Assembly (NCBI GenBank): GCA_964507235.1
Contig: CAZDPE010000003.1
Span: 1 to 61,767 of the forward strand
Origin: an uncultured Lachnospiraceae bacterium
Lineage (GTDB): Bacteria > Bacillota > Clostridia > Lachnospirales > Lachnospiraceae
DNA length: 61,767 nt
Direction: 5' to 3'
The position numbers were made by a program, and so were the translations under genes. Below are positions 9,767 through 19,228 of this stretch, in pieces. Under the pieces are notes generated by a model, which saw only the letters and a program-made list of their open reading frames with translations, had not been told where the DNA came from and did not search any database. How positions within the stretch are numbered: the first letter of the stretch is position 1; each line of letters begins with the position of its first letter.

Positions 9767-10633
9767 ATGAATAACAGAGCAGAAAAGAAAAAGTATGGTT
9801 CTAAAAAAAGAAATGCTGTTATAGGAAAAACGGCAGTTTATGTAATACTGCTGCTGATAACGGCAGTGATGCTGGTTCCCTTTTTGTGGATGCTTTCTGC
9901 ATCAATTAAATCGGACCGGGAAGTATTTTTAATGGATCCCTTTGTATGGATTCCGGAAGTACCGAAATGGGATAACTATATTAAAATCTGGACAAAAATT
10001 CCTTTGCTTAAGTTTGTGGAAAATACAGTGTTTTTAACAATCGTCGTCACCCTGCTGCAGCTTTTGACTTCAAGCTTTGCAGCCTACTCTTTTGCAAAAT
10101 TGGAATTTAAACATAAAAACGCCTTATTTCTGGCATATATTGCAACTATTGCAATGCCCTGGCAGGTGTATATGGTACCGCAGTTTATTATGATGCGTAA
10201 AATGGGGCTGAATGATAAGCTGCTTGCAATGATTTGTCTTCAGGCATTTTCCGCCTTCGGAGTATTTCTTATGAAGCAGTTTTATGAAGGAATACCCAGT
10301 GAACTGTGTGAAGCGGCGAGAATTGACGGTATGAGCGAGTACAAAATTTATGCAAAAATTATGCTTCCGCTTTCCAAACCGGCGTTATCGACACTTACAA
10401 TTTTTACCTTTGTAAATACATGGAATGACTATTTAGGACCGCTCATTTATTTAAAGACGGAATCCAAGAAGACGATTCAGCTGGGACTTAAGATGTTTAT
10501 CGGACAGTATTCATCTGAATACGGACTGATTATGGCAGGTTCCGTGCTTTCGCTGATACCGGTAATTATCGTATTTCTGTGTCTGCAGAAATATTTTGTA
10601 GAGGGCGTTGCCTCTACCGGCTTAAAGGGTTAA
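9767..10633 (+). CDS. Carbohydrate ABC transporter permease
   Basis: EAARIDG EAA motif, WNDYLGPL, FVEGVASTGLKG terminus. Confidence 0.92.
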   Translation: MNNRAEKKKYGSKKRNAVIGKTAVYVILLLITAVMLVPFLWMLSASIKSDREVFLMDPFVWIPEVPKWDNYIKIWTKIPLLKFVENTVFLTIVVTLLQLLTSSFAAYSFAKLEFKHKNALFLAYIATIAMPWQVYMVPQFIMMRKMGLNDKLLAMICLQAFSAFGVFLMKQFYEGIPSELCEAARIDGMSEYKIYAKIMLPLSKPALSTLTIFTFVNTWNDYLGPLIYLKTESKKTIQLGLKMFIGQYSSEYGLIMAGSVLSLIPVIIVFLCLQKYFVEGVASTGLKG

Positions 10634-10648
10634 GAGAAAATAGTGATG

Positions 10649-10739
10649 AAGAAATGGGGTTGTTGAAAAACTGCCCCATTTTCTTACAATAAAAAGAGGA
10701 TAGATTGAAAAATCACTCTGATGAGCTGATTTTTCAATC
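10649..10739 (+). promoter_or_regulatory. Two tandem intergenic stem-loops
   Basis: aagaaatgggg...ccccattttctt (10649-10685) and gattgaaaaatca...tgatttttcaatc (10703-10739, 13-bp perfect arms). Confidence 0.5.
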
Positions 10740-10773
10740 GGCAATTTGAGGCTCTGACATGGAGGATTGGAAT

Positions 10774-11961
10774 ATGAAAATTTTATTTGAAAATTATGCA
10801 GAAATTTCAGGTGAGGAAGTAGAGAAAGCTCTTGCATTTTCCACCCGTCAGGTTGTGAAGAATCTGCCTGAATTTACGGATAAATTCCAGAAAGCATATA
10901 GTGAGAACGGCTTCTATCAGCCTATTGAAAATAATTACTGGACCACCGGCTTCTGGACAGGTGAAATATGGCTTTCTTATGAATATGCAAAAGAAAATAA
11001 TGCCGCGGATGCAGAAAAGCTGAAGGCGGCAGGAGAGATTCAGGTAGACAGCTTTTTAAACAGAATTAATAAAAAAATTGAAGTGGATCATCATGATATG
11101 GGATTTCTTTATTCCCCTTCCTGTGTGGCGGCATATAAATTGACGGGAAATGAGAAGGGAAAGGAAGCGGCCATTAAAGCAGCTGACCAGCTGATTACAA
11201 GATATCATCCGGTGGGAGAATTTATTCAGGCCTGGGGACCCATGGATGCGCCGGAAAATTACAGGCTGATTATAGACTGTTTGTTAAATCTTCCTCTGCT
11301 ATATTGGGCTTCTGAGGAAACCGGAGATAGTAAATACAGGGAAATTGCGGAAAAGCATATTCATACGGCGATTAAGAATGTAATCAGGGAGGATTATTCT
11401 ACATGGCATACCTTTTTCTTTGATATAAAAACAGGCGCTCCGGACCATGGCGCTACCTGCCAGGGTTATCGTGACGGCTCAGCCTGGGCAAGAGGACAGG
11501 CGTGGGGCATATACGGATGCGCACTTGCTTACAAATACACGAAGAGGGAAGAATACATTACACTTTTTAAGAATGTGACTCAATATTTTCTGGAGCATCT
11601 TCCTAAGGATATGGTGCCTTTCTGGGACCTGGAATTTACAGACGGAGATGATCAGCCCAGGGATTCTTCTTCCGCCTCTATCGCAGCCTGCGGCATGTTG
11701 GAAATGATTAAGTCCATGGGAGAGGAAGATGCGGCGGTTTACAGGAAATATGCAGGGCAGCTTATGAAGTCTTTATATGATAATTATGCGGTAAAGGATT
11801 CTGCGGTATCCAACGGACTTGTGCTTCACAGTACTTATTCCAACCATTCTCCTTATAATACATGCAATCACTATGGCGTGGATGAATGTAATTCCTGGGG
11901 AGATTATTTTTACATGGAGGCATTGACAAGACTTCATAAGGACTGGAATCTGTATTGGTAA
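10774..11961 (+). CDS. GH88 unsaturated glucuronyl hydrolase
   Basis: WTTGFWTG, HHDMGFLY, IIDCLLNLPLL, SAWARGQAW, RDSSSASI and WGDYFYMEAL motifs. GGAGGA RBS before ATG 10774. Confidence 0.92.
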   Translation: MKILFENYAEISGEEVEKALAFSTRQVVKNLPEFTDKFQKAYSENGFYQPIENNYWTTGFWTGEIWLSYEYAKENNAADAEKLKAAGEIQVDSFLNRINKKIEVDHHDMGFLYSPSCVAAYKLTGNEKGKEAAIKAADQLITRYHPVGEFIQAWGPMDAPENYRLIIDCLLNLPLLYWASEETGDSKYREIAEKHIHTAIKNVIREDYSTWHTFFFDIKTGAPDHGATCQGYRDGSAWARGQAWGIYGCALAYKYTKREEYITLFKNVTQYFLEHLPKDMVPFWDLEFTDGDDQPRDSSSASIAACGMLEMIKSMGEEDAAVYRKYAGQLMKSLYDNYAVKDSAVSNGLVLHSTYSNHSPYNTCNHYGVDECNSWGDYFYMEALTRLHKDWNLYW

Positions 11962-11980
11962 AGAGAAAGGGATAAAAAAA

Positions 11981-13705
11981 ATGAAAATGAACTGGAGAGG
12001 AAAGCTAAACAGCAAGGAGGATTTCAGGGAGCTGCTGCTAGAGATGATAAGACCTCTGATTCCTTATTACAGTGAAGAAAAGGCAGAGCTTATCTTGGGA
12101 GTGACTGCTACCAATTATGATCAGAAGGCTATTCGGCTGGAAGCATTTTCAAGGCCTTTATGGGGGCTTGTGCCTTTCTGGGCGGGAGGAGGCAGTAATC
12201 CTGAATTTGAAGATATTTACAGAAAAGGGCTGGCTGCCGGGACGAATCCAAAGAGCAGGGAATACTGGGGAGGCTTTCACGCCTTTGACCAGCGCTTTGT
12301 GGAAATGGCGGCTATATCCTATGGGCTTATTCTGGCGCCGGAAAAGCTGTGGGAGCCTCTTGACGAAAAAGAAAAGGATAATCTGGTAAACTGGCTGTAC
12401 GGCATCAATGAGTATGAGCTTCCTGTCTGCAACTGGGTTTTGTTTGCCGTATTGGTAAATATTGCGCTGAAGAAGCTGGGAAGAAAATATGATGCGGAAA
12501 AACTGGAAAAATACCTGCAGGGCGCGGATTCCTTTTATCTTGGAGAAGGCTGGTATCAGGACGGTGATTCGGGACAGAAGGATTATTATGTGTCCTTTGC
12601 CATTCATTTTTACAGCCTGTTTTATGCCAAGGTAATGGAAAAGGAGGACCCTGAAAGATGCAGAACATATAGAGAAAGAGCGGCGGAATTTGCAAAGACC
12701 TTTATTTACTGGTTTGATGAAAACGGCGCTGCCCTTCCCTTCGGGCGTTCCCTGACTTACCGTTTTTCTCAGGTAAGCTTCTTTTGCGCCTGCCTGATGT
12801 CAGGGGTGGAGCCTTTTGATATCGGCATTATGAAGGGATTAATAGTAAGGCACCTGTGCGACTGGATAGAAAAGCCCATTTTTGACAGAAATGATATACT
12901 GACCATAGGTTACGGATATCCCAATCTTGTAATGGGAGAAAGATATAACGGTCCCGGTTCCGCTTATTGGGCGTTAAAGACCTTTGCGGTGCTCATGCTG
13001 CCGGATGAGCATCCTTTCTGGAGGGTGAAGGCTGAGCCGCTTCCTGCTCTTGAAAGGCAGAAGGCGCTTCCTTTTGCAGATATGCTGATTCACAGATATG
13101 AAAATCATGTAACTGCTTTTGTGCCGGGGAAATACAGCCCGGCAGGTCATGGACAGACACCCGCCAAGTATGGGAAATTTGCCTATGATACGAGATTTGC
13201 TTTTAATGTGGCGAAATCCACCTGTGAGATACATGAGGCAGCGCCGGATTCCATGCTGGCGTTTTATATTAACGGTTACGTATATGTACGGAGAATATGC
13301 CAGGAATTTAAAATAACCGAAAAGGAGGTGTATTCCAAATGGATTCCTTATGAGGGGATAACGGTGGAAACCGTCATTATCCCGACAGAAGAGGGACATA
13401 TACGAAAGCACATTATTGAAAGCAACAGAGAGTGTGAAGCATATGACTGCGGCTTTGCAGTGGAAATTGATGTTGAGGATGAAAAACTGTTGTCTGACGG
13501 AGCTTCCGCCCAGGTAAGCAATTATTACAGCAGCTGCCGGATTACGCTGTTAAACGGTAAGGGAGAAGGGGAAATCATTGTGGCGGACCCTAATACCAAT
13601 CTGCTTCATCCCATGACAAGGATACCTGCCCTCCGGTGTCAGATACAGAAAGGGAAAAATGAAATTGTTACGGAAATAAAGGTGAAATATGGCAAAGCTG
13701 TTTGA
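11981..13705 (+). CDS. DUF2264-domain protein (GH154-like glycoside hydrolase)
   Basis: LEAFSRPLWG, DQRFVEMA, NWVLF, YLGEGWYQDG, DYY and FGRSLTYRF motifs characteristic of DUF2264. Confidence 0.85.
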   Translation: MKMNWRGKLNSKEDFRELLLEMIRPLIPYYSEEKAELILGVTATNYDQKAIRLEAFSRPLWGLVPFWAGGGSNPEFEDIYRKGLAAGTNPKSREYWGGFHAFDQRFVEMAAISYGLILAPEKLWEPLDEKEKDNLVNWLYGINEYELPVCNWVLFAVLVNIALKKLGRKYDAEKLEKYLQGADSFYLGEGWYQDGDSGQKDYYVSFAIHFYSLFYAKVMEKEDPERCRTYRERAAEFAKTFIYWFDENGAALPFGRSLTYRFSQVSFFCACLMSGVEPFDIGIMKGLIVRHLCDWIEKPIFDRNDILTIGYGYPNLVMGERYNGPGSAYWALKTFAVLMLPDEHPFWRVKAEPLPALERQKALPFADMLIHRYENHVTAFVPGKYSPAGHGQTPAKYGKFAYDTRFAFNVAKSTCEIHEAAPDSMLAFYINGYVYVRRICQEFKITEKEVYSKWIPYEGITVETVIIPTEEGHIRKHIIESNRECEAYDCGFAVEIDVEDEKLLSDGASAQVSNYYSSCRITLLNGKGEGEIIVADPNTNLLHPMTRIPALRCQIQKGKNEIVTEIKVKYGKAV

Positions 13706-14303
13706 TTTTAACAATCCTGTATGGAGATTTATGGGAAGAGTTGCGGATATGTTTTTTCTCACGGTGCTGTGGTTTATATGCAGTATCCCTGTTATTACCG
13801 TGGGAGCATCAACCACCGCCCTGTATTATGTAGCGTTAAAAATGGCAAAAAATCATGAGGGTTACCTCTGGAAAGCTTTTTTTAAAAGCTTCAGGGAAAA
13901 TTTTGTGTGTTCTACCTTAATATGGATAATCATGCTGGCTGTGGGCATTATTCCGGGAATGGGATTTTATATAATCCGCCGGATGGATTCGCAGCAGGCT
14001 TCTTTTTTCTTTTGGATGCTTGCAGTGATTACAATATTGTATATCTTTATTACTGCCATGATATTTCCCCTGGCGGCGCGGCTGGATGCAGGAGCCGGGA
14101 AAATTATTTTTATGGCATTTATGGTTGCTGTCAAAAACTTTTCCTGGGTGCTTTTAATGACAGTGATTACTTTTTGCGTAATTGCAATAGGAGTATTTGT
14201 ATTTTGGCCTGTTTTGCTGGTCGGGGCGGGGGGAACTGCATATGCTCATAGCGTAATATTGGAAAATATTATTTTTCCAAAATATAACTGGAATGAAAAA
14301 TAA
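13689..14303 (+). CDS. YesL/DUF624 family membrane protein
   Basis: SIPVITVGASTTALYY...FFKSFRENF motif, hydrophobic, overlaps the DUF2264 stop by 17 bp. Confidence 0.88.
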   Translation: MAKLFDFNNPVWRFMGRVADMFFLTVLWFICSIPVITVGASTTALYYVALKMAKNHEGYLWKAFFKSFRENFVCSTLIWIIMLAVGIIPGMGFYIIRRMDSQQASFFFWMLAVITILYIFITAMIFPLAARLDAGAGKIIFMAFMVAVKNFSWVLLMTVITFCVIAIGVFVFWPVLLVGAGGTAYAHSVILENIIFPKYNWNEK

Positions 14304-14350
14304 ATGTCTGATGGAATTTAGAAAGGTTAAAAAGGTTAAAAAGGTTTGTT

Positions 14351-15136
14351 ATGGTAACGTTAGCACTGAAAGTTTTAGATGAAAACGGAAAAACAATTTG
14401 TGTAAGCAGCGGTGAAGATTTTGTGAGCCTTGTCTGTACTGCGGAATATAAAGAAGGAGACAGGATTGTACTGGAAACCTCCGAAAAAAATATTCATGTT
14501 TTCCTTCAGGTGGATGATGCTATGGGAGCTGCTTTCTGCTTTATTACGGGAAATGTTTCTTATGATATTCCTTTTGGGGAAAAAAGAATCAGCTATTCTC
14601 CCAAGGTGTTTTCAGGAAACAGGCATTATCTGTATGCCAGAATTGCCAGAGAAGACGAGATAGCTGCATACAGGAATCTGGCTTTAAATGTCTGCGACCA
14701 GCATGGGGACACTCATTGCTATCCCCATGCATCTGCCAATGTGGAAACAAGAGGAGAAGCTGTCTTTGCTGCCCGCAATGCGATTGACGGCGTTTGTGAA
14801 AATCGCTCTCATGGAGAGTGGCCCTATGAATCGTGGGGAATTAATATGCGGGATGATGCGGAAATGACGGTGGATTTCGGACGGGAAGTGGAAGCGGATA
14901 AGATAGTGCTTTATACACGTTCAGATTTTCCCCATGATAATTGGTGGCAGCAGGTAAGGCTCACCTTCTCGGATCATACATTTATAGAATGGGATTTGAA
15001 AAAAAGCAGTCTTCCTCATGTGTTAACTATGGAAAAGAAAAAAATAACCTGGATTAAACTGGATCATTTGATTAAGGCGGACGACCCTTCGCCCTTTCCG
15101 GCGCTCAGTCAGATAGAGGTATATGGAAGAGGATAA
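14351..15136 (+). CDS. Carbohydrate-binding protein (galactose-binding/discoidin-like C-terminal domain), function unknown
   Basis: ARNAIDG...W...VDFGREV...IEVYG pattern of F5/8-type folds. No signal peptide. Confidence 0.6.
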   Translation: MVTLALKVLDENGKTICVSSGEDFVSLVCTAEYKEGDRIVLETSEKNIHVFLQVDDAMGAAFCFITGNVSYDIPFGEKRISYSPKVFSGNRHYLYARIAREDEIAAYRNLALNVCDQHGDTHCYPHASANVETRGEAVFAARNAIDGVCENRSHGEWPYESWGINMRDDAEMTVDFGREVEADKIVLYTRSDFPHDNWWQQVRLTFSDHTFIEWDLKKSSLPHVLTMEKKKITWIKLDHLIKADDPSPFPALSQIEVYGRG

Positions 15137-15247
15137 ATAATTTTATAAAAACAGTTGCATTAATGAAGAAAATACGGCACAGTTATAATTGTAAATAAAA
15201 CATCTTTTTACGGCGGCAGAAGACTGTCGGAAGATAGGGAGGTTTTC

Positions 15248-17194
15248 ATGAAGGCAGAAATTTTATGGCTGGATAATCCTGAAGTTTTTCAGGTGAATCG
15301 TCTGGCAGCACACAGTGACCACAGCTTTTTTAAAAGCCGGGAGGAAATGGAAACAAAAGAAAATTCATTAATGCAGTCCTTAAACGGAATATGGAAGTTC
15401 CGCTATTCTGAGAATGCGGCGTCAAGGCCTGAATCGTTTTACGAACCGGATTTTGATGCCGGAAGCTTTGATGAAATTCAGGTTCCCTGCCATATTGAAA
15501 TGGCAGGTTTCGACAAAATTCATTATATCAATACCATGTATCCCTGGGAGGGGCATTTTTACAGACGTCCTGCTTACAGCCTTGAAACGGCAAGGGAATG
15601 GGAGGGCATGTTCAGTAAGGCATCCTATAATCCCGTGGGTTCTTATTTAAAAGAATTTGACCTTGAGGAGGGGCTTCTTTCCCAAAGAGTGATTGTCCGC
15701 TTTGAGGGCGTGGAACAGGCTATGTATTTATGGCTGAACGGAAGCTTTGTGGGTTATGCCGAGGACAGCTTTACCCCCTCCGAATTTGACCTGACGCCTT
15801 ATATAAAAGAAAAAGGAAATATTCTTGCGGTTGAGGTTCATAAGAGAAGTTCTGCGGCATTCCTGGAGGATCAGGACTTTTTCCGTTTCTTTGGAATTTT
15901 CCGCAATGTGACCCTGTATGCAAAGCCCCGGATGCATGTGGAAGATTTATGGGCAAAGCCTGTGCTTGATGAGGATAATGCCGGAAGCCTTGCTTTGAGC
16001 CTCAAAATTTCCATGGAGAAAAGACTGACTGGAAGGGCGGAGGTTTTTCTTTATGATAAAGAGGGAAAGGAACTGCTCCGGTATCACATGCTTTTGCCGG
16101 GAAATGTGAGAGCGCAGGCAAAACAGGAGAATGAAAATGCAGCAGCCTCCTTCCGGGAGATTTCCTGTGAAATGGCGCCCCGCAGCGTGGGACAGGTAAT
16201 TCCCTGGGACAATCATAGCCCGTATTTATATCGGCTGTTGATAAAGCTGTATGATGAAAATGACATTATGACGGAAGCGGTTCCTTATCCAATCGGTTTC
16301 AGAAGGCTGGAAATTGTGAATAAGGTTATGTATTTAAACGGCAAACGGCTTATTATTAACGGTGTGAACCGTCATGAGTGGAGCGCTGAGAGCGGCAGAT
16401 GCATCGGAAGAAAAGAAATGGAACAGGATATACAGACCTTTCTTAACAATAATATTAATGCAGTGCGTACCTGCCATTATCCGGATCAGATTCCCTGGTA
16501 TTATATGTGTGATGAGAACGGGATTTACATGATGTCGGAAACCAATCTGGAATCACATGGCTCCTGGCAGAAGCTGGGAGGCGTGGAGCCTTCCTGGAAT
16601 GTGCCGGGCAGTATCCCTGAATGGAAAGAGGCTGTTCTTGACCGCGCAAAAAGCAATTTTGAATTTTTCAAAAACCATGCTTCGATTTTATTCTGGTCCC
16701 TCGGCAATGAATCCTATGCCGGGGATGATATAGAAGCTATGAACGCTTTCTTTAAAGAGAAGAATGACGGCAGGCTGGTGCATTATGAAGGAGTGGTTCA
16801 GAACAGAAAATATGAGAACACCATATCCGATGTGGAAAGCAGGATGTACGCTACGCCTGACCAGGTAAAAGAATATCTGGACCAGGAACCGAAGAAGCCG
16901 TTTATTCTCTGTGAATATATGCATGATATGGGAAATTCCCTGGGAGGAATGGATTCTTATATCAGGCTTCTTGATGAATATGAAATGTATCAGGGCGGTT
17001 TTATCTGGGATTTTATTGACCAGGCAGTTATGGTAACGGATGAGGTGACGGGACGGAAGGTCTTACGTTACGGCGGGGATTTTGATGACAGGCCTGCTGA
17101 TTATGAATTTTCAGGAAACGGCATTGTTTTTGCGGACAGAACGGAAAAGCCGGCGATGCAGGAAGTGAGGTATTACTATGGATTGCACAAATAG
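15248..17194 (+). CDS. lacL: GH2 beta-galactosidase large subunit (LacL-type)
   Basis: GVNRHE, NAVRTCHYP, WSLGNES (acid/base), CEYMHDMGNS (nucleophile) and GGFIWDFIDQ. Ends without the small-chain domain. Confidence 0.88.
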   Translation: MKAEILWLDNPEVFQVNRLAAHSDHSFFKSREEMETKENSLMQSLNGIWKFRYSENAASRPESFYEPDFDAGSFDEIQVPCHIEMAGFDKIHYINTMYPWEGHFYRRPAYSLETAREWEGMFSKASYNPVGSYLKEFDLEEGLLSQRVIVRFEGVEQAMYLWLNGSFVGYAEDSFTPSEFDLTPYIKEKGNILAVEVHKRSSAAFLEDQDFFRFFGIFRNVTLYAKPRMHVEDLWAKPVLDEDNAGSLALSLKISMEKRLTGRAEVFLYDKEGKELLRYHMLLPGNVRAQAKQENENAAASFREISCEMAPRSVGQVIPWDNHSPYLYRLLIKLYDENDIMTEAVPYPIGFRRLEIVNKVMYLNGKRLIINGVNRHEWSAESGRCIGRKEMEQDIQTFLNNNINAVRTCHYPDQIPWYYMCDENGIYMMSETNLESHGSWQKLGGVEPSWNVPGSIPEWKEAVLDRAKSNFEFFKNHASILFWSLGNESYAGDDIEAMNAFFKEKNDGRLVHYEGVVQNRKYENTISDVESRMYATPDQVKEYLDQEPKKPFILCEYMHDMGNSLGGMDSYIRLLDEYEMYQGGFIWDFIDQAVMVTDEVTGRKVLRYGGDFDDRPADYEFSGNGIVFADRTEKPAMQEVRYYYGLHK

Positions 17195-18185
17195 AATTTT
17201 GCAGGATAAGACAGAAGCTGAGAGCAGTATGTTAAGTATTGTGTATGGAGATGTTACCTTAGGAGTGCATGGCAGCAGCGGGGGAAAAGAATTTCACTAT
17301 ATTTTCTCTTATGCGGCAGGCGGACCGGAATCCATTGTAACAGACGGGAAGGAATGGCTGTATCGTTCACCGAAGCCCACATTCTGGAGGGCTGTTACGG
17401 ATAATGACAGAGGGAACAGATTTCCCCTAAAGAGCGGTATGTGGCTTTCTGCAGATACATTTATTCAATGTGTTTCAGCGGCAGTTTTAGTGGACGGAAA
17501 AGAGATTCCGCTTCCCTGCGCACCGGAAAATAATAAATATTCGGCAAAGGAAACAGCAGAAAGCATTCAAATTACTTACAGTTACGAAACCATTACATCT
17601 CCTGCAGCGCAGGTAACAGTATCTTATGAGGCAGGAAAGGAAGGAGATATACTGGTTCGTGTTCATTATTATGGAAAAGAAGGACTTCCCCAGCTTCCCG
17701 TATTCGGACTGCGGTTCATTATGCCCACCTGTGCGGATAAGTTTGTTTATGAGGGGCTTTCGGGCGAAACCTATCCCGACAGAAAAGCAGGAGGAATTCC
17801 GGGAATTTATGAAGTGGAAGGACTTCCTGTTACACCATATCTGGTACCTCAGGACTGCGGTATGCATATGGATACCAGGTGGGTGGAAATATTCAGGAGC
17901 AAAGTCCTTGATAATACAAATAAGGAAAGGAAGACCTCGGCCCTGCGGTTTGAAGCGGATAACAGGGGCTTTGCTTTTTCCTGTCTGCCTTACACAGCAG
18001 GAGAATTGGAAAACGCCGCTCATCAGGAAGAGCTGCCTCCGAAAAGGAGAACAGTTCTTTGCATATACGGTGCGGTAAGAGGCGTGGGAGGCATAAACAG
18101 CTGGGGGGCTGATGTGGAACCGGCTTACCATATAGATGCCGGAAAGGATATTGAGTATTCTTTTCAGATGAAACCTGTTTTTTAA
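17178..18185 (+). CDS. lacM: Beta-galactosidase small subunit (LacM-type)
   Basis: PTFWRAVTDND, GLSGETYPDR and GAVRGVGGINSWG. Overlaps lacL by 17 bp. Confidence 0.88.
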   Translation: MDCTNRILQDKTEAESSMLSIVYGDVTLGVHGSSGGKEFHYIFSYAAGGPESIVTDGKEWLYRSPKPTFWRAVTDNDRGNRFPLKSGMWLSADTFIQCVSAAVLVDGKEIPLPCAPENNKYSAKETAESIQITYSYETITSPAAQVTVSYEAGKEGDILVRVHYYGKEGLPQLPVFGLRFIMPTCADKFVYEGLSGETYPDRKAGGIPGIYEVEGLPVTPYLVPQDCGMHMDTRWVEIFRSKVLDNTNKERKTSALRFEADNRGFAFSCLPYTAGELENAAHQEELPPKRRTVLCIYGAVRGVGGINSWGADVEPAYHIDAGKDIEYSFQMKPVF

Positions 18186-19138
18186 ATCAGCTGAAAGCTT
18201 TTCAGCAGAAACAGCCAGAAGGTCAGTGTAACGGAACTGAAAAAGGTAGTTGCCACAACTACGCTGGAGGTCAGAATCCCTTCATGCTTCATATTTTTAG
18301 CCATGATATAGCAGCTGACAGTGGTGGGAGAGCCCAGCATGACAAGAAGGGCGACCAGCTTTTCACTGCGAAAGCCCATGGCGGCGGCAAGAGGAAGAAA
18401 AAGAGCAGGCCAGAGCAGTAATTTAATAAAAGAGCAGGCAAGCGTTGGCTTTATTTCGGCCAGCGCTTTTTTGCTTTCAAAGCCGGCTCCTAAACCAAGC
18501 AGGGCAAGCGGCGTTGCAAGAACCGCAATATTGCTGATGGTTTTGGAAATGATTGCAGGAAAATCTATCCGGAGCAGAGAAACCGCCATACCTGCCAGAA
18601 TTCCCAGAATAATGGGATTGGTAATAATTTCTTTAACGGATTTTTTCAGTGCGGCACAAGGAAAGCCCCCGGACGTTTCCTTTTCCGGTGCAGTGAAGGA
18701 AAGAATCAAAACGGCTGCAATGTTGTAAAGAGGAACTGTTCCGATAATCATAAGGGGAGCCATTCCTGCATTTCCGTAAATATTCTGTATAAAAGCAATG
18801 CCGAGAACTGCGGCGCTGCTGCGGTAAGAGGCCTGCACAAATTCCCCCACAAGATTCTTTTTATGGTATACTTTGGATGTTATAATCCATGTGGAAGCAA
18901 TACAAAGCAAAGTGGCAAAGAAACAGAAAAGGACATAAGAAGTATCCCATACCTCATAGAAATCGGAACCGGAAATATCTTTAAACAAGAGTACGGGAAG
19001 TGTTATTTTATAATTAAAGGAATTTAAGGTTTTTATAAAGGGTTCATCCACGAATTTAAGATTTTTCAATAGGTATCCGATGACCATAACAAGAAATATG
19101 GGGATAGTTGCATTAAGGCTGAATATCAGGTTTTCCAT
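18182..19138 (-). CDS. AEC (auxin efflux carrier)-family transporter
   Basis: About 10 TM segments with NPIILGILAG, ATPLALLGLG and PTTVSCYIMA motifs. Confidence 0.88.
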   Translation of the reverse strand: MENLIFSLNATIPIFLVMVIGYLLKNLKFVDEPFIKTLNSFNYKITLPVLLFKDISGSDFYEVWDTSYVLFCFFATLLCIASTWIITSKVYHKKNLVGEFVQASYRSSAAVLGIAFIQNIYGNAGMAPLMIIGTVPLYNIAAVLILSFTAPEKETSGGFPCAALKKSVKEIITNPIILGILAGMAVSLLRIDFPAIISKTISNIAVLATPLALLGLGAGFESKKALAEIKPTLACSFIKLLLWPALFLPLAAAMGFRSEKLVALLVMLGSPTTVSCYIMAKNMKHEGILTSSVVVATTFFSSVTLTFWLFLLKSFQLI

Positions 19139-19178
19139 AGCTGAATTTAATAATTCCTTCCATAATCTATTGTTAAAA

Positions 19179-19207
19179 AGTATAGGGAGGTTTTAGCATT
19201 TTGTCAA
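19179..19207 (-). promoter_or_regulatory. Sigma-A promoter of the AEC transporter
   Basis: Minus strand TTGACA-17 bp-TATACT. Confidence 0.7.
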
Positions 19208-19228
19208 ATAAACAGGAGAAAAGTAAAA

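Noticed and set aside
7216-10633. ABC importers lacking an ATPase gene (also 41497-44929)
   Set aside because: Normal for Firmicute carbohydrate ABC systems, which share an MsmK/MsmX-type ATPase in trans.
15248-18185. Possible frameshifted lacZ
   Set aside because: The split point, short overlap and separate start match the natural LacL/LacM architecture.
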